Positions 37,962 through 50,345 are shown, numbered from the whole stretch's first letter. The stretch is 63,498 bases of DNA, filler included, from Octopus bimaculoides (GCF_001194135.2; 6 parts of 6 records of this genome joined end to end with filler, not necessarily neighbours in it); one strand, 5' to 3'. The notes: generated by a model from the letters alone, not told the origin. Translations and numbers: made by a program.

Positions 37962-38379
37962 NNNNNNNNNNNNNNNNNNNNNNNNNNNNNNNNNNNNNNN
38001 NNNNNNNNNNNNNNNNNNNNNNNNNNNNNNNNNNNNNNNNNNNNNNNNNNNNNNNNNNNNNNNNNNNNNNNNNNNNNNNNNNNNNNNNNNNNNNNNNNNN
38101 NNNNNNNNNNNNNNNNNNNNNNNNNNNNNNNNNNNNNNNNNNNNNNNNNNNNNNNNNNNNNNNNNNNNNNNNNNNNNNNNNNNNNNNNNNNNNNNNNNNN
38201 NNNNNNNNNNNNNNNNNNNNNNNNNNNNNNNNNNNNNNNNNNNNNNNNNNNNNNNNNNNNNNNNNNNNNNNNNNNNNNNNNNNNNNNNNNNNNNNNNNNN
38301 NNNNNNNNNNNNNNNNNNNNNNNNNNNNNNNNNNNNNNNNNNNNNNNNTATATATATACATATATATACGCGCATATAA

Positions 38380-38800
38380 GGGAAGACCACTATGTGGACA
38401 TCCAATATGCTAGAAAGAGGTCATCAACGACCCAACCACAAAGAAAAATAACGTTCTTCAGAAAAAGTTCGCAAAACACCAGAACAGTACAAAATGAGAA
38501 ATATACAGAATAAAGAATTAACTGTGTACTGCAGTTTCGAACATTAGCGTTTTACTTACGCAACCACATCCGTGTTCTCGTCAGCACAGCCGTTCTAGAA
38601 TCAATATAATTTGCAGAATTATACACGAATTGTCTTCATGGAATAAGACTTGCATACAGTTCTACCGATTACATTGGGGCTATTTTTCAAAATACCTCAG
38701 CTCTGGCGCGCAAAATTCCGGAAACAATTCTGCAGAGAGTAATTCATTACAGTGTATATTGCCGACTGGAGAACATAACTATTTAAATATATAATTATTG
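38380..38800 (-). mobile_element. Penelope/retrozyme-like repeat carrying a hammerhead ribozyme
   Basis: Hammerhead followed by an AT-rich stretch and ctttctagcatattggatgtcc, homologous to 8087-8340. Boundaries are approximate and both sides are near gaps. Confidence 0.55.
38521..38590 (-). ncRNA. Minimal type I hammerhead ribozyme, canonical core
   Basis: gctgtg CTGACGA gaaca...tgttc GAAA C tgca G T A cacagt. Stem I is 6 bp, stem II is 5 bp, stem III is the palindrome ACTGCAGT, and the cleavage triplet is GUA. Confidence 0.8.
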
Positions 38801-39458
38801 ATATATATATATATATANNNNNNNNNNNNNNNNNNNNNNNNNNNNNNNNNNNNNNNNNNNNNNNNNNNNNNNNNNNNNNNNNNNNNNNNNNNNNNNNNNN
38901 NNNNNNNNNNNNNNNNNNNNNNNNNNNNNNNNNNNNNNNNNNNNNNNNNNNNNNNNNNNNNNNNNNNNNNNNNNNNNNNNNNNNNNNNNNNNNNNNNNNN
39001 NNNNNNNNNNNNNNNNNNNNNNNNNNNNNNNNNNNNNNNNNNNNNNNNNNNNNNNNNNNNNNNNNNNNNNNNNNNNNNNNNNNNNNNNNNNNNNNNNNNN
39101 NNNNNNNNNNNNNNNNNNNNNNNNNNNNNNNNNNNNNNNNNNNNNNNNNNNNNNNNNNNNNNNNNNNNNNNNNNNNNNNNNNNNNNNNNNNNNNNNNNNN
39201 NNNNNNNNNNNNNNNNNNNNNNNNNNNNNNNNNNNNNNNNNNNNNNNNNNNNNNNNNNNNNNNNNNNNNNNNNNNNNNNNNNNNNNNNNNNNNNNNNNNN
39301 NNNNNNNNNNNNNNNNNNNNNNNNNNNNNNNNNNNNNNNNNNNNNNATATATACACATGCATACATGTATGTGCGCATATTTAAACACACGATGCGATGT
39401 CATAGAGTCAGATATGTATATCCGTATCCATATGTCTATCTATCTATCTATCTATCTG

Positions 39459-39501
<43 letters not shown>

Positions 39502-40276
39502 GTCTGTCTGTCTGTCTGCCTCTCTATTATTTTCTAGCTTTGAGTTCATTTTGTGTATTAGCCTATCCATTGCATAATATTCTTTCTTGGCTTTATTCAA
39601 TATTTCTGTGTTTATTTCTTTGCTTTCATCTACTTCTAAACATTTATATAGTTGATTCTAGCTTAATTCTTCTATTTCGGCGACTATGTCTGATCTAATT
39701 TTATTAATATCGGTCAATTTACAACTTCTGACAACATTTATATTATAAGGAAATGCAAATTCATTCAATTAACTACTTATTGCTATATTCATTCAATCAA
39801 TCTCAGTTTCGTCTCTGTCTTGGTGAATAAATAAAGAATCTTAGCAGGATTACCAAACGGTTTTCCTTTCTAAATATTTCAGAATCTTCCAGAAATGCGG
39901 GATGGCTTGTATATTGTTTGTTATATCTATACCCAGCGTTGCATTCATTTCGCTGGTTTGTTAATGTGGTCAGAGCTAGGCAGAAACGAAGAAGCGATAA
40001 AGAGGCTACGTTTAATATTCATGTCCTAATAGGTATATAGCTGAGTTTAATTATCTTCCCTTGGCTTTTTAATAGCGTTATCTTCTATTTTGACTTAGCG
40101 TGCTTGATGTACCGTGTTATCCCTGTGAGTGCTTTATGTGCGTGGTACACTATGAACTGATTTTTGGTAATCTCTTCAAGAGAAGAAAAATAAAACATAA
40201 AACAATACAAAAAGTATAGATGAGATATACATAAACACTTGTAAACAACAACAACAATAATAATAATAATGATAAC

Positions 40277-40657
40277 TCTTTTACTCTTATTCTTTTACTT
40301 GTTTCAGTCATTTGACTGTGACCATGCTGGAAAAAAGCCTTTAATCGAGCAAATCGACTCCGGGACTTATTCTTTGGAAGCCTAGTACTTATTCTATCGG
40401 TCTTTTTTGTCGAACCGCTAAGTTACGGGGACGTAAACACACTACCATCGTTTGTCAAGCAATGGTAGGGGGACAAACACATACACACACACATACCCAC
40501 ATACATATATATATATATACGGCGGGCTTCATTCAGTTTCCGTTTACCAAATCCACTCACAAGGCTTCGGTCGGCCCGAGGCTATAGTAGAAGACACTTG
40601 CCCAAGGTGCCACGCAGTGGGACAAAACTCGGAACCATGTGGTTGGTAAGCAAGCTA
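40277..40657 (-). mobile_element. SINE family B, near full length
   Basis: Reverse complement match to 19811-20208. Confidence 0.85.
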
Positions 40658-41311
40658 AACAACGAGAAAATTATATCGACGAAATTCCTCCAAAGCGGGG
40701 AGTACCACCTAGGTGTAACCAAAGACTTCTACACATTTAAGATCACCCGACCGTCAAGGTGTTTGGGAAATGCACTAAAAAGAGGATAAACTAATCTCAT
40801 TTATACTTTATATATATATATGACTTAAACCATTGTATATTTTCGAATAAATCTAACGTTTTTCCTTTTCTTCGATTTAATTCTTGGATACTGATAGATG
40901 TGGCAGGGCAATACTAAATAATACACTGAAATATTTCGTATATATATATCGGCTGTGTGGCATTTAATAAAAAATAAGACAAAAGAAATGGAACGAAAAA
41001 GAAAATAAGCTTGCGACAGAAAAATTTATTTATTGCCCACCGACTGAGTCAACATCGTGAGGTTTTAGAGAAAGAATCAGGATAACGAGGAGGATTTACC
41101 TTCAACAGTGAGTATGGAATGCTAATGAGATTGTGAAGGCGTGGATCGTGAACACGCAGACACATACACGGAAAGACGAAAACGCATACACGCATGCGTT
41201 AACAAACACATACGCACTCAATTACACATGCCGATTAGCACGTATTTATATGTGTATATAATGCCATTCTGTGTGTGAGTGTATTATGTACATGTCTGTG
41301 TATGTGTGTAC

Positions 41312-41343
<32 letters not shown>

Positions 41344-41588
41344 AAATATACTTAGATTAATAGCTCTGTCAAGTTTCCTCTCTTCCAGTACACACATACA
41401 CATGCGCATACACCATACACATACGCACACATCTTGGAGTCAATTTATTTTTCTATTTCTGGACATGATGGAATACTTTGTGATCCGATTTCACTTGACA
41501 TTCATATGATGAGATTCATACCAATTAATGAACTAAGACTCTAAAATTACGCTGAGGCTTTGACGATGACAATGAAGAAAAAGAAGTA

Positions 41589-41722
41589 ATAGAAGAAGAA
41601 GAAGAAGAAGAAGAAGAAGAAGAAGAAGAAGAAGAAGAAGAAGAAGAAGAAGAAGAAGAAGAAGATGATGATGATGATGATGATGATGGAGGTGGTGGAG
41701 ATGGTGATGATGATGATGATAG
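41589..41722. repeat. (GAA)n-(GAT)n microsatellite
   Basis: Direct inspection. Confidence 0.9.
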
Positions 41723-42786
41723 TGATAATGGTCGCTTTATATATATATTCTCAGTGTAGACGAATGAATATATAAGTGCTTCCACGCCTGACTGTTCACA
41801 AGGCTGAATAAATATTTACAAGTAAAATGTGGAACTTAAATGCATGTGTATGCGTTTGTGTGTGTGTGTGCGTGTGTGTACATGCGTGTGAGCATGTGTA
41901 TGTGTATGTGCGTGTGTGTATGTCAGCATGTGTAAGTTTGTATTACTAGTGTGAAGAATATCGAAATCACACTTCAAAGACTAATGAATTTAGAATATGT
42001 TCCTATCTCTCGTGTTGAATTTTTATAAAGACATTTCTGAACGATCAGAAGACGTTGACCACTAACGTCATTCAATATCGGAATGCAGATGTCTAAACTA
42101 GTAGATGTTTGAGTTGAAAATTGCATTTGTAATTATAACAAGAGCTGACAGTCTTTCATCCACTTGGATATTGTTTATTACGCCAACCAGAAATGTTGAC
42201 ATACATCATCTAAGACCTTTGCGCGCATAGGAGCACCATTTAACCTGACTTCCTAAGTTTTAGGATACATATAGCTAAAGATCTCAAGTTCAGCTTTGTT
42301 TTAAAATCGTTTCTTGTGGCCTTCCCGAAACATCTTACTCTGCGCTAGAATTATTATGTAGCAGTCATTTTGACAGGCGATGGTCTATAATGATATTAGC
42401 TGCCTGTCTTTCCCATCCTAGCTGTAATTGCTTCAACCTGATTCAGATGATGGACATTCAGCCCATGTAAATACAACAGAATCTGTAATTATCTCCTGAA
42501 ATTGACGCGGTGATCTACAGTCTGTCAATAAGATCCGCCTTCACTCTCAACCAGTCAATTGTCACTCTCCATTATTTACATTTTGACTGCCGAATGCTTA
42601 ATATAAGATTTCTGCAAACTATGGAATGGTAAGAAGAGTATTGAACGGGGAAGCAATATATAGGGTAAATTGTCGTCACATCAGAGTTGGTTTTCGAGTA
42701 GAATTATCCTGAGTAGTGCTGCATTCACTGAAGTGGCTAGTAAACTAGACTGTCACTTCGTGCAAGCGAGGAGCAATTATATTGCA

Positions 42787-42934
42787 CGCAGGCGAGGGTG
42801 TGTGGTAAGAAACTTGCTTCCCAACTACATGGTTCGGGGTCCAGTCCCACTGCGTGACGCATTGACCAGGTGTCTTCTACTATAGCATCAGGCCAACTAA
42901 AGCCTTGTAAGTGGATTTGGCAGGAAGCCTGTCG

Positions 42935-42974
<40 letters not shown>

Positions 42975-43205
42975 CGTGTATTTGTCTTTGTGCTAATGTT
43001 TGTCCCCAACCACGGCTTGACAACCGGTGCTGGTGTGTTTGTGTCCCCGTAACTTAGCCGTTCGACAAAAGAAGTTGATAGAATAAACAAGATGCTTCTA
43101 AAAAATAAGTATTGGGACGTTAGATTCGACTAAAACATTTTCAAGGTGGTGCCCCAATATGGTCGCAGTCTAATGACTGAAACATGTAAAAGATAAAAGA
43201 TAAAA
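42787..43205 (+). mobile_element. SINE family B, full length
   Basis: Head gtgtggtaagaaacttgcttcccaac, internal microsatellite, (AGATAAA)n tail. Confidence 0.8.
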
Positions 43206-43387
43206 ATATACATCTCCATGCACAACAAGTTTTACTGCTATGCTATTTGTCTATTCCGTCAATGGATGTAGATGATGAAAGCGAATGTTATATATTAAGT
43301 ACGATAGAAAAGAAATTAAACTGTTCGGTATTTTAGGATTTAAGGAGGAGAAAACGTCACATACACATCAGATAACAAGCTAGATAT

Positions 43388-43864
43388 GTTGGCACTCCGT
43401 CGCTTACGACGTCGAGGGTGCCAGTTGATCCGATCAACGGAACAGCCTGCTCGTGAAATTAACGTGCAAGTGGCTGAGTACTCCACAAACACGAGTACCC
43501 TTAACGTCGTTCTCGGGGATATTCAGCGTGACACAGTGTGACAAGGCTGATCCTTTGAATTACAGAAACAACAGAAACAGNNNNNNNNNNNNNNNNNNNN
43601 NNNNNNNNNNNNNNNNNNNNNNNNNNNNNNNNNNNNNNNNNNNNNNNNNNNNNNNNNNNNNNNNNNNNNNNNNNNNNAAGTAAGAGTGAGAGAAAGTTGT
43701 GGTGAAAGAGTACAGCAGGGTTCACTATCATCCCCTGCCGGAGCCTGATGGAGCTTAAGGTGTTTTCGCTCAATAAACACTCATAGCGCCCGGTCTGGGA
43801 ATCGAAACCGCGATCCTATGACCACGAGTCCGCTGCCCTAACCACTGGGCCATTGCGCCTCCAC
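43388..43864 (-). mobile_element. SINE family C (gap inside)
   Basis: Matches the other family C copies. aacaagctagatat is repeated at 43374-43387 and 43874-43887. Confidence 0.88.
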
Positions 43865-43935
43865 AGATATAACAACAAGCTAGATATAACAACAGGCTAA
43901 AATCATAAGAGAGTCTGATGCAGAAGAAAACTATG

Positions 43936-44072
43936 ACATTATTTACATTATTTACATTTGACGGATATTCGTCCTCATCTTGTTTGTTGTTAACACAACG
44001 TTTCGGCTGATATACCCTCCAGCCTTCGTCAGGTGTCTTGGGGAAATTTCGAACCTGGGTTCTCATTCCTAT
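43936..44072 (-). mobile_element. Penelope-like terminal repeat fragment (inverted partial copy at 44191-44266)
   Basis: Hammerhead plus gatgaggacgaatatccgtcaaatgtaaataatgt, present in both orientations. Confidence 0.65.
43992..44037 (-). ncRNA. Minimal hammerhead ribozyme variant
   Basis: gacac CTGACGA a ggctg-gagggtatat-cagcc GAAA C G T T gtgtt. Stem III is the loopless palindrome ACGT, with one extra A before stem II. Confidence 0.68.
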
Positions 44073-44126
44073 CGATGTTACTATTATTATTATTATTATT
44101 ATTATATTATTATTATTATTATTAAT

Positions 44127-44191
44127 CAGGTCGCTGCCGTGAATCGAACTCGGAACCTTGGGGTTAGTAGCCCGCGCTCTTAACCACTACG
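44127..44191 (-). mobile_element. Short tRNA-like SINE with (AAT)n tail
   Basis: cgtagtggttaagagcgcgggctactaacccc...gagttcgattc...gacctg followed by (AAT)n. The 5' acceptor strand is missing. Confidence 0.6.
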
Positions 44192-44770
44192 ATGAGGATG
44201 AATATCCGTCAAATGTAGATAATGTAAATAATGTAAATAATTCCTCATCTCTTAAATATAGAACTGTAGAAACTATGGCATATTGCATGTTTTTATTCAT
44301 GTCTTCTATGTTGGCTTTTGTGTTTGTTGTTCTTCTCGTTGTTTAGCTTACGTCAACCATAAATGTTCAAGTAGGAGCCTGTTAGATTATTCCACTTATA
44401 TTATTCAATGTGTCATTTCATTCTTTAAGAAAATAAAGATGATATGAGGAGACATTACTTGCTATCTTTAGCAGATAGTATGAATCTGTGGAGGCGCGTT
44501 CGATTGTAAATTTTCTGCTAGCTACAAAACAAATAATGGCTTCTGTGTAGTTGATTTTAAATATTCTTTGAGAGAAAAGCCCCCAATTCATCAGCTGTCA
44601 GTGATCCTTATTTGTTTAACCCAATCTCCATGGTTGAGGACCATATATGAATGTATTACCCAATAAAAGACACGTAAAATTACAATCAAACCCCCCACTT
44701 CCCAAAAGGGAAGAAAGAACGTATGCATACATTCTTACAAGTTATAATAAGAAAGATGAAGATGATAATA

Positions 44771-44986
44771 ATTATAATGGTTTCAAATTTTGGTACAAGG
44801 CCGGAAATTTCGGAGGAGAGAGTTAAGTCGATTACATCGAGTCTGCTGTTCAACTGGTATTTAATTAATCGACTCTGAAAGGATGAAAGGCGAAGTCAAC
44901 CTCGGCGGAATTTGGACTCAGAACGGGAACACCGACGAAATGCCACTGGGCGTTTTGCCCGGTGTTCTAATGATTCTGCCAGGCTT
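44771..44986 (-). mobile_element. SINE family A, near full length
   Basis: Reverse complement of cctggcagaatcattagaacaccgggcaaaacg...ccgccgaggttgacttcgcctttcatcc. Confidence 0.8.
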
Positions 44987-45013
44987 ACAGCCGTGATGAT
45001 GATGACGATGTTG

Positions 45014-45096
<83 letters not shown>

Positions 45097-45097
45097 T

Positions 45098-45249
45098 CTT
45101 AAACATTCACTAGAACAAAACTGTACAAATCCAAATATATGGTACCCTAGGCATAATACCTACATGAACTTCTAACTTGTTGTCTCTTGAGGTCTCTGGG
45201 TGAGACTTGGATCCAACTTGTACAAATGCAAAACAAAAGTCAAACATAA

Positions 45250-45250
<1 letters not shown>
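45098..45250 (+). mobile_element. Probable R4/Dong-like 3' UTR remnant embedded in (TAA)n
   Basis: gaggtctctgggtgagacttgg...aaaagtcaaacataaaataataa with (TAA)n on both sides. The family assignment comes from recall. Confidence 0.5.
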
Positions 45251-45329
<79 letters not shown>

Positions 45330-45361
45330 CAACAACAAGAATAATGAAATAATAATAAAAA

Positions 45362-46700
45362 TTTTACACAGTAGCATGGGCAAGTGGAACACAAGTCTCC
45401 TTCTAAACCATAGTAATGGGATGAGACAATCTAACATCAATATCAAATGAGGCATCCTTCGAGGTGACTCCTCTCCTCATTACTCTTATGCGTGGCACCG
45501 ATCCCACTCTGAAACGAACTGAATAACACCAGGTGTAGGTTCAAAGTTTATAAAACGGCAATAAACCATCTGTTTTATATGGACGATCTGAAGCTGTTTT
45601 GCGGAACTAGCAGGGCTGCTAACAACTGTTAAAGATTTTCAGCAATGACATCAGGATGGACTTTGACCTTGATAAGTGTGCTAAAGTAACTTTTGTAAAA
45701 GGCAAGCTCAGGCAAACAGCTTCCATTAAATTAGATACCGACGCTACCATCAAAGAACTTGACCTACGAGCAAGTTATAAATACCTGGGGATAAACGAAG
45801 GAAATGGTATACAACATGCTACTATGAAAGGAAAAAATAAGAAAGAAGTATTACAGGAGATGAAATCAACTCCAAAAATTACATCGAAGCCATTAACACC
45901 CTGGCACTTCCAGTAGTCTAATAATGTTCTAACACCATTAACTGGAATCTTACAGAGCCCGAACGCCTGGACAGGAAGACAAGAAAACTACTAACTTCTA
46001 AGAATATGAACCACCCAAAAGCAGATGTTGATCGTCTGTACCTATCTAGAAGTAATGGGGGGAGGGAGAAAAGATACAGGTAGAAGTGAGCTATAATACC
46101 TCCACAGTAGCAATGAACAGATACTTATATAGTGCAGAGGATTGGATGCTGCGGCTTGTGTGCAAATATGAAAGCAGCAAAAAGTCACCTTTTGTTGTCA
46201 AGGAGGCTTGCAAATTCGCAAGGAAACTTGGCATTAACCCTGAATTAGATGAAGAACCTGGAACCACTGCCACATAACAAACAAAACGGATCAAGCAGAC
46301 TGTAAAAAAGAATGAGCAAAGACAAACTGAGGAACTGTGGAGCCAGAAGCCTCTAAATGTTGATGTAGATCAAGCAACAACCATTCAGTGGCTGAGAAGT
46401 TTAGGACTGAAAGCAGAGACTGAAGGTTTCTTATTGGTGGCACAAGATCAAGGCTTACTTTTCAAAATCTACCAGACTAACGTTCTTAAAAACGGTTTTG
46501 ACACTAAATGCAGATTCTGCGGCACATTTGAGGAGACATTAGACCATTTCGTTTCAGGATATCCTGTACTGACACCGAACGAATACAAAAATCACCACGA
46601 TAGGATAGGACAGTATTTACATTGGAAAATATGTAAACACTACAAAATAAGCACTGCTGCTTACTGGTATGAACATCATTCTGAGCCAAAAGGTTCCTGG
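45362..46700 (+). mobile_element. R4/Dong-like LINE fragment: RT core, thumb and CCHC knuckle
   Basis: INHLFYMDDLKLF, FDLDKCAK, YKYLGI, KADVDRLYL.RS.GGRG, KAETEG.L...QDQ, KCRFCG...ETLDH...HDRIGQYLHW. Multiple frameshifts. Confidence 0.88.
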
Positions 46701-47030
46701 ATAAGGGTTGTTTAAAGATGATGAATAAAACATCCATGTTTCCAGAGGTGAATTATTCAAATCCCAAAGAGTTCCTCTCAACACATGGCTATGATGCTCC
46801 CCCATTACTTCTGCTAGTGATCAGAGATGCACATATTGTCAGCCACTAAGAGACAAGCTCAACTGGTTAAGGTCAAACAACTGACAAGCAAATCTGTGGT
46901 ACTGATCAGAATAGTTGCTGTAGCCCATCTTTATACCAAGATAAGACAATGTCTATAACACTTCCAATCAGTTAAGATCAGAAGTCATGAGAGCCACTGC
47001 CCAGTACTGCTTCAGGGCATTTATTATTAT
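46700..47030 (-). repeat. Non-autonomous (TAA)n-flanked interspersed repeat, truncated
   Basis: Minus strand starts aatgccctgaagcagtactgggcagtggctctcatg directly after (TAA)n. I recall it as a common octopod repeat; unverified. Confidence 0.55.
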
Positions 47031-47067
47031 TATTATGATGATCATTATAATAATAATAATAATAATA

Positions 47068-47106
<39 letters not shown>

Positions 47107-47116
47107 GTTGTTGTTG

Positions 47117-47148
<32 letters not shown>

Positions 47149-48081
47149 GTTGTTGTTGTTGCTGTTGTTGTTATTGTTGTTGTTGTTGCTGTTGTTGTTG
47201 TTGTTCTTGTTGTTATTATTATATATGCGTGTGTAGGTATGCATTCATTCTCAAAATATGTATTTATTCACATGTGCATATATACATATATACATATGCA
47301 CCTAAACCAAAGAAGCGCAAGAATACGCATGAGTGTTTGTGAATATGATTGTATGCGTTCATGAATGAGTAGGTGCTTGAGTGTGTGAATGTTGCAAGTA
47401 TCATGCACGCAGGCATTGATACAGAAATTCTTGCATGATATATCCAGCCGCATTGAACACTTTTGTCTCATCCCCATAGCATTTTCTTTCTTTTTTGTTT
47501 TCTCTTCTTTTATTCTTCTTTCTAACTTGTTTTTCTCCTTATCTTTTACCTATCCGTTTCCTTCGATTTCCTTATCCGCAAGCGTGACTCGATAATCATC
47601 TTTATCTTTTTAAAAAATAATTTATTCATACCAAGTAAACAAAATATATCACCCTTAGCACTAACCACAACCAACAGCAAAATAAAACCACCTCTGCCAT
47701 CATCATGGCCACCACTAACAACAACAACAAGAACAACATAAACATCAACAATAGAACGAACAAACAAAACCCAGAAAAATGTTACTATATAGGCTAAATT
47801 AAATGAACCCAAAATTGTATATAAAAAGAAGCGGAGTGATAGTGGCTTCACAAGTAAGAATGCGTGTTCATTTTCGTTGAAACGTTAAAATTCTCCCACA
47901 AAGTCCCTGACAAAATATAATCCATTTGCCAGTCAAATCTCACAACCCTGCCATCTAAAAATATTTCCTCCTGTGCAATCCCACGGCGCGAAGGTTTCGC
48001 TTTTCATTTACGAAGTCAAGGTATAGATATAGAAAGTGAATATTGAAAATAATAACTAATAAATACTTAGATCTCTCTCTC

Positions 48082-48138
<57 letters not shown>

Positions 48139-48302
48139 TGTTTGACTTCTTCCCATAAACAAATTGACTGGATTTTTACGAAGTAGTATCAAATGTGGGT
48201 AAGGAGAATTTATATAGACAAATAAGTATCATACATACGCATAAGTATATGTATGTGTATGTGTGTGTTCCATATCTGTATACGAGGTCAGATCAATAGA
48301 GA

Positions 48303-48413
48303 GCGGAAGTGAGATAGAACGTTATAACTTAGTGCGCATGCACAGCAGAGATCAAGGTCAATCTTTGCCAAGCAGCTTTACTCTGCGTGCTTTAGCTTTA
48401 TTACTATAGCAAC
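48303..48413. promoter_or_regulatory. Candidate cis-regulatory motif cluster (ETS, NRF-1-like, ERR/SF-1, RFX X-box-like)
   Basis: GCGGAAGTG 48303, TGCGCATGCA 48333, TCAAGGTCA 48352, ATTACTATAGCAAC 48400. Motif matches only. Confidence 0.3.
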
Positions 48414-48424
48414 AATCCGGATAC

Positions 48425-49096
48425 TTATTGAACCTCCCAACCCGGCTCGTTCCCCTGCTCCCACCCATGCTGCCGCACTTGCCCTTACCTCTCCAACACC
48501 ACCCTCCTCACAGGCACCCATCATCGACCCTATCATATCATTGACTCTTTGACCTGCGCTTCTAGCAGCGTCATCTCCTGCATCTCCTGCTCTCTCTCTG
48601 TCCTTCTCTATACATCATACATCGGTCAAACGAGACGCCGCTTGGCTGAGCGGTTCCCGGAACACCTCCGAGACATCAGAGTCGGCAACGACAACCCGGT
48701 CTCGCGCCATTTCCGCTTTACCGGTCACTCTTTACAACACCTGCCTGCGTTCGGATTGTCCTTGCACAGGTTCCATCCGGATTCTCGTCTTCGCTGTGAG
48801 CAAGAACTAATCTTCCCTCTTCGCTCCTTTGCACCGTTGGACTCAACTCTGCTCCCCTCTTCATCTAACCCTCCTCGTTTCTCCTCTCTTCCTCTCACAC
48901 CTACTTCCTCCCACCAACCTTCTCTCCTCTCTTGCTCTGGCACCTACTTCCTTTCTGCACTCCTACCCACCTTCTTCCTTCTACCCTCTCCCTTCATCGT
49001 CACCCCTCCGTAGTTACCTCACCCTACACATTCCAACTCCACCATCCCTATACATCCCATCTCACCCGTCTTCGTCTTTTGTCTTTTTGTAAATTC

Positions 49097-49100
<4 letters not shown>
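48425..49100 (+). mobile_element. Penelope-like element, GIY-YIG endonuclease and 3' region
   Basis: GSFPCSHPCCRTCPYL linker, TCASSSVISCISC...YIGQTRRRLAERFPEHL...PVSRHF...H...EQELIF. Confidence 0.88.
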
Positions 49101-49139
<39 letters not shown>

Positions 49140-49751
49140 GACACATACACACTGTTTTCCCTACTAGTTAGTCTGTACATATCGCAAAATATATAAAACA
49201 TAATATAAGAGTATAAAAAGTTATTTTGAAAGGATTTATTCAGATAACTTTCGTATTCTCTTTTCTATATTAGGTATTTAAAAACATTTACAAAATAATA
49301 TATAAAATAATTAATATGTTTGTCATTGATAATCGAAACCTGAATAAATGCTTAAAATCAAAAATATGCAACAATTGCAGAAAAATGATGGATACTTAAC
49401 TTTTTTAAATTTAATTTGTAAAATGTCTTAATATCTATTATAGAAAAATGCTTACGAAAGTTATCTAAAGAGATCCTTTAAATAATTTCCTTGTATTATT
49501 ATATTACACTCTATAGGTTTTACGATATGAATTGATTAACTAGTAAACAAGAGAGTCTTTTTTTTAAAATTTACATTGTATCCATATTTGTATCGTACAT
49601 ATTCCATAGGAAATGAACGTATATGTGAACGCATCTATGTATGTTTATATGGATATGCATGAAGAAGGGCATTAACTGGTTTACCTTTGAAAATAGGAAT
49701 TATAGGGAAAAAGCGTAACTTGAAATCCGCTAAGGAGAACCATGAATGTTT

Positions 49752-49900
49752 TGTGTGGTTAGTTTCTTACTTACAAACCACATGGTTCCGGGTTCAGTCC
49801 CACTGCGTCGCATCTTGGGCAAGTGTCTTCTACTGTAGCCACGGGCCGACCAAAGTCTTGTGAGTGGATTTGGGTGACGGAAACTGAAAGAAGCCCGTCG

Positions 49901-49933
<33 letters not shown>
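49752..49933 (+). mobile_element. SINE family B, 5' half, runs into a gap
   Basis: catggttccgggttcagtcccactgcg...cttgggcaagtgtcttc. Confidence 0.85.
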
Positions 49934-50033
49934 NNNNNNNNNNNNNNNNNNNNNNNNNNNNNNNNNNNNNNNNNNNNTTAATTAATTAANNNNNNNNNNN
50001 NNNNNNNNNNNNNNNNNNNNNNNNNNNNNNNNN

Positions 50034-50074
<41 letters not shown>

Positions 50075-50264
50075 TGAAAAAGACCCCAGTTTGATTGAGG
50101 AATGCAACCATGGATTTACAAAATTGGCTGGTGATGGACTTTAACTCCGGACCTTACCTGGAATTCTTTACTAATCTGAAAACATTTTTTAGCCTGGTGT
50201 ATTTTGTATTAACAGAGAACTTGTGAAGTATTTTATCCAGATTGCCAATCCTTTATTGATAACG

Positions 50265-50345
<81 letters not shown>

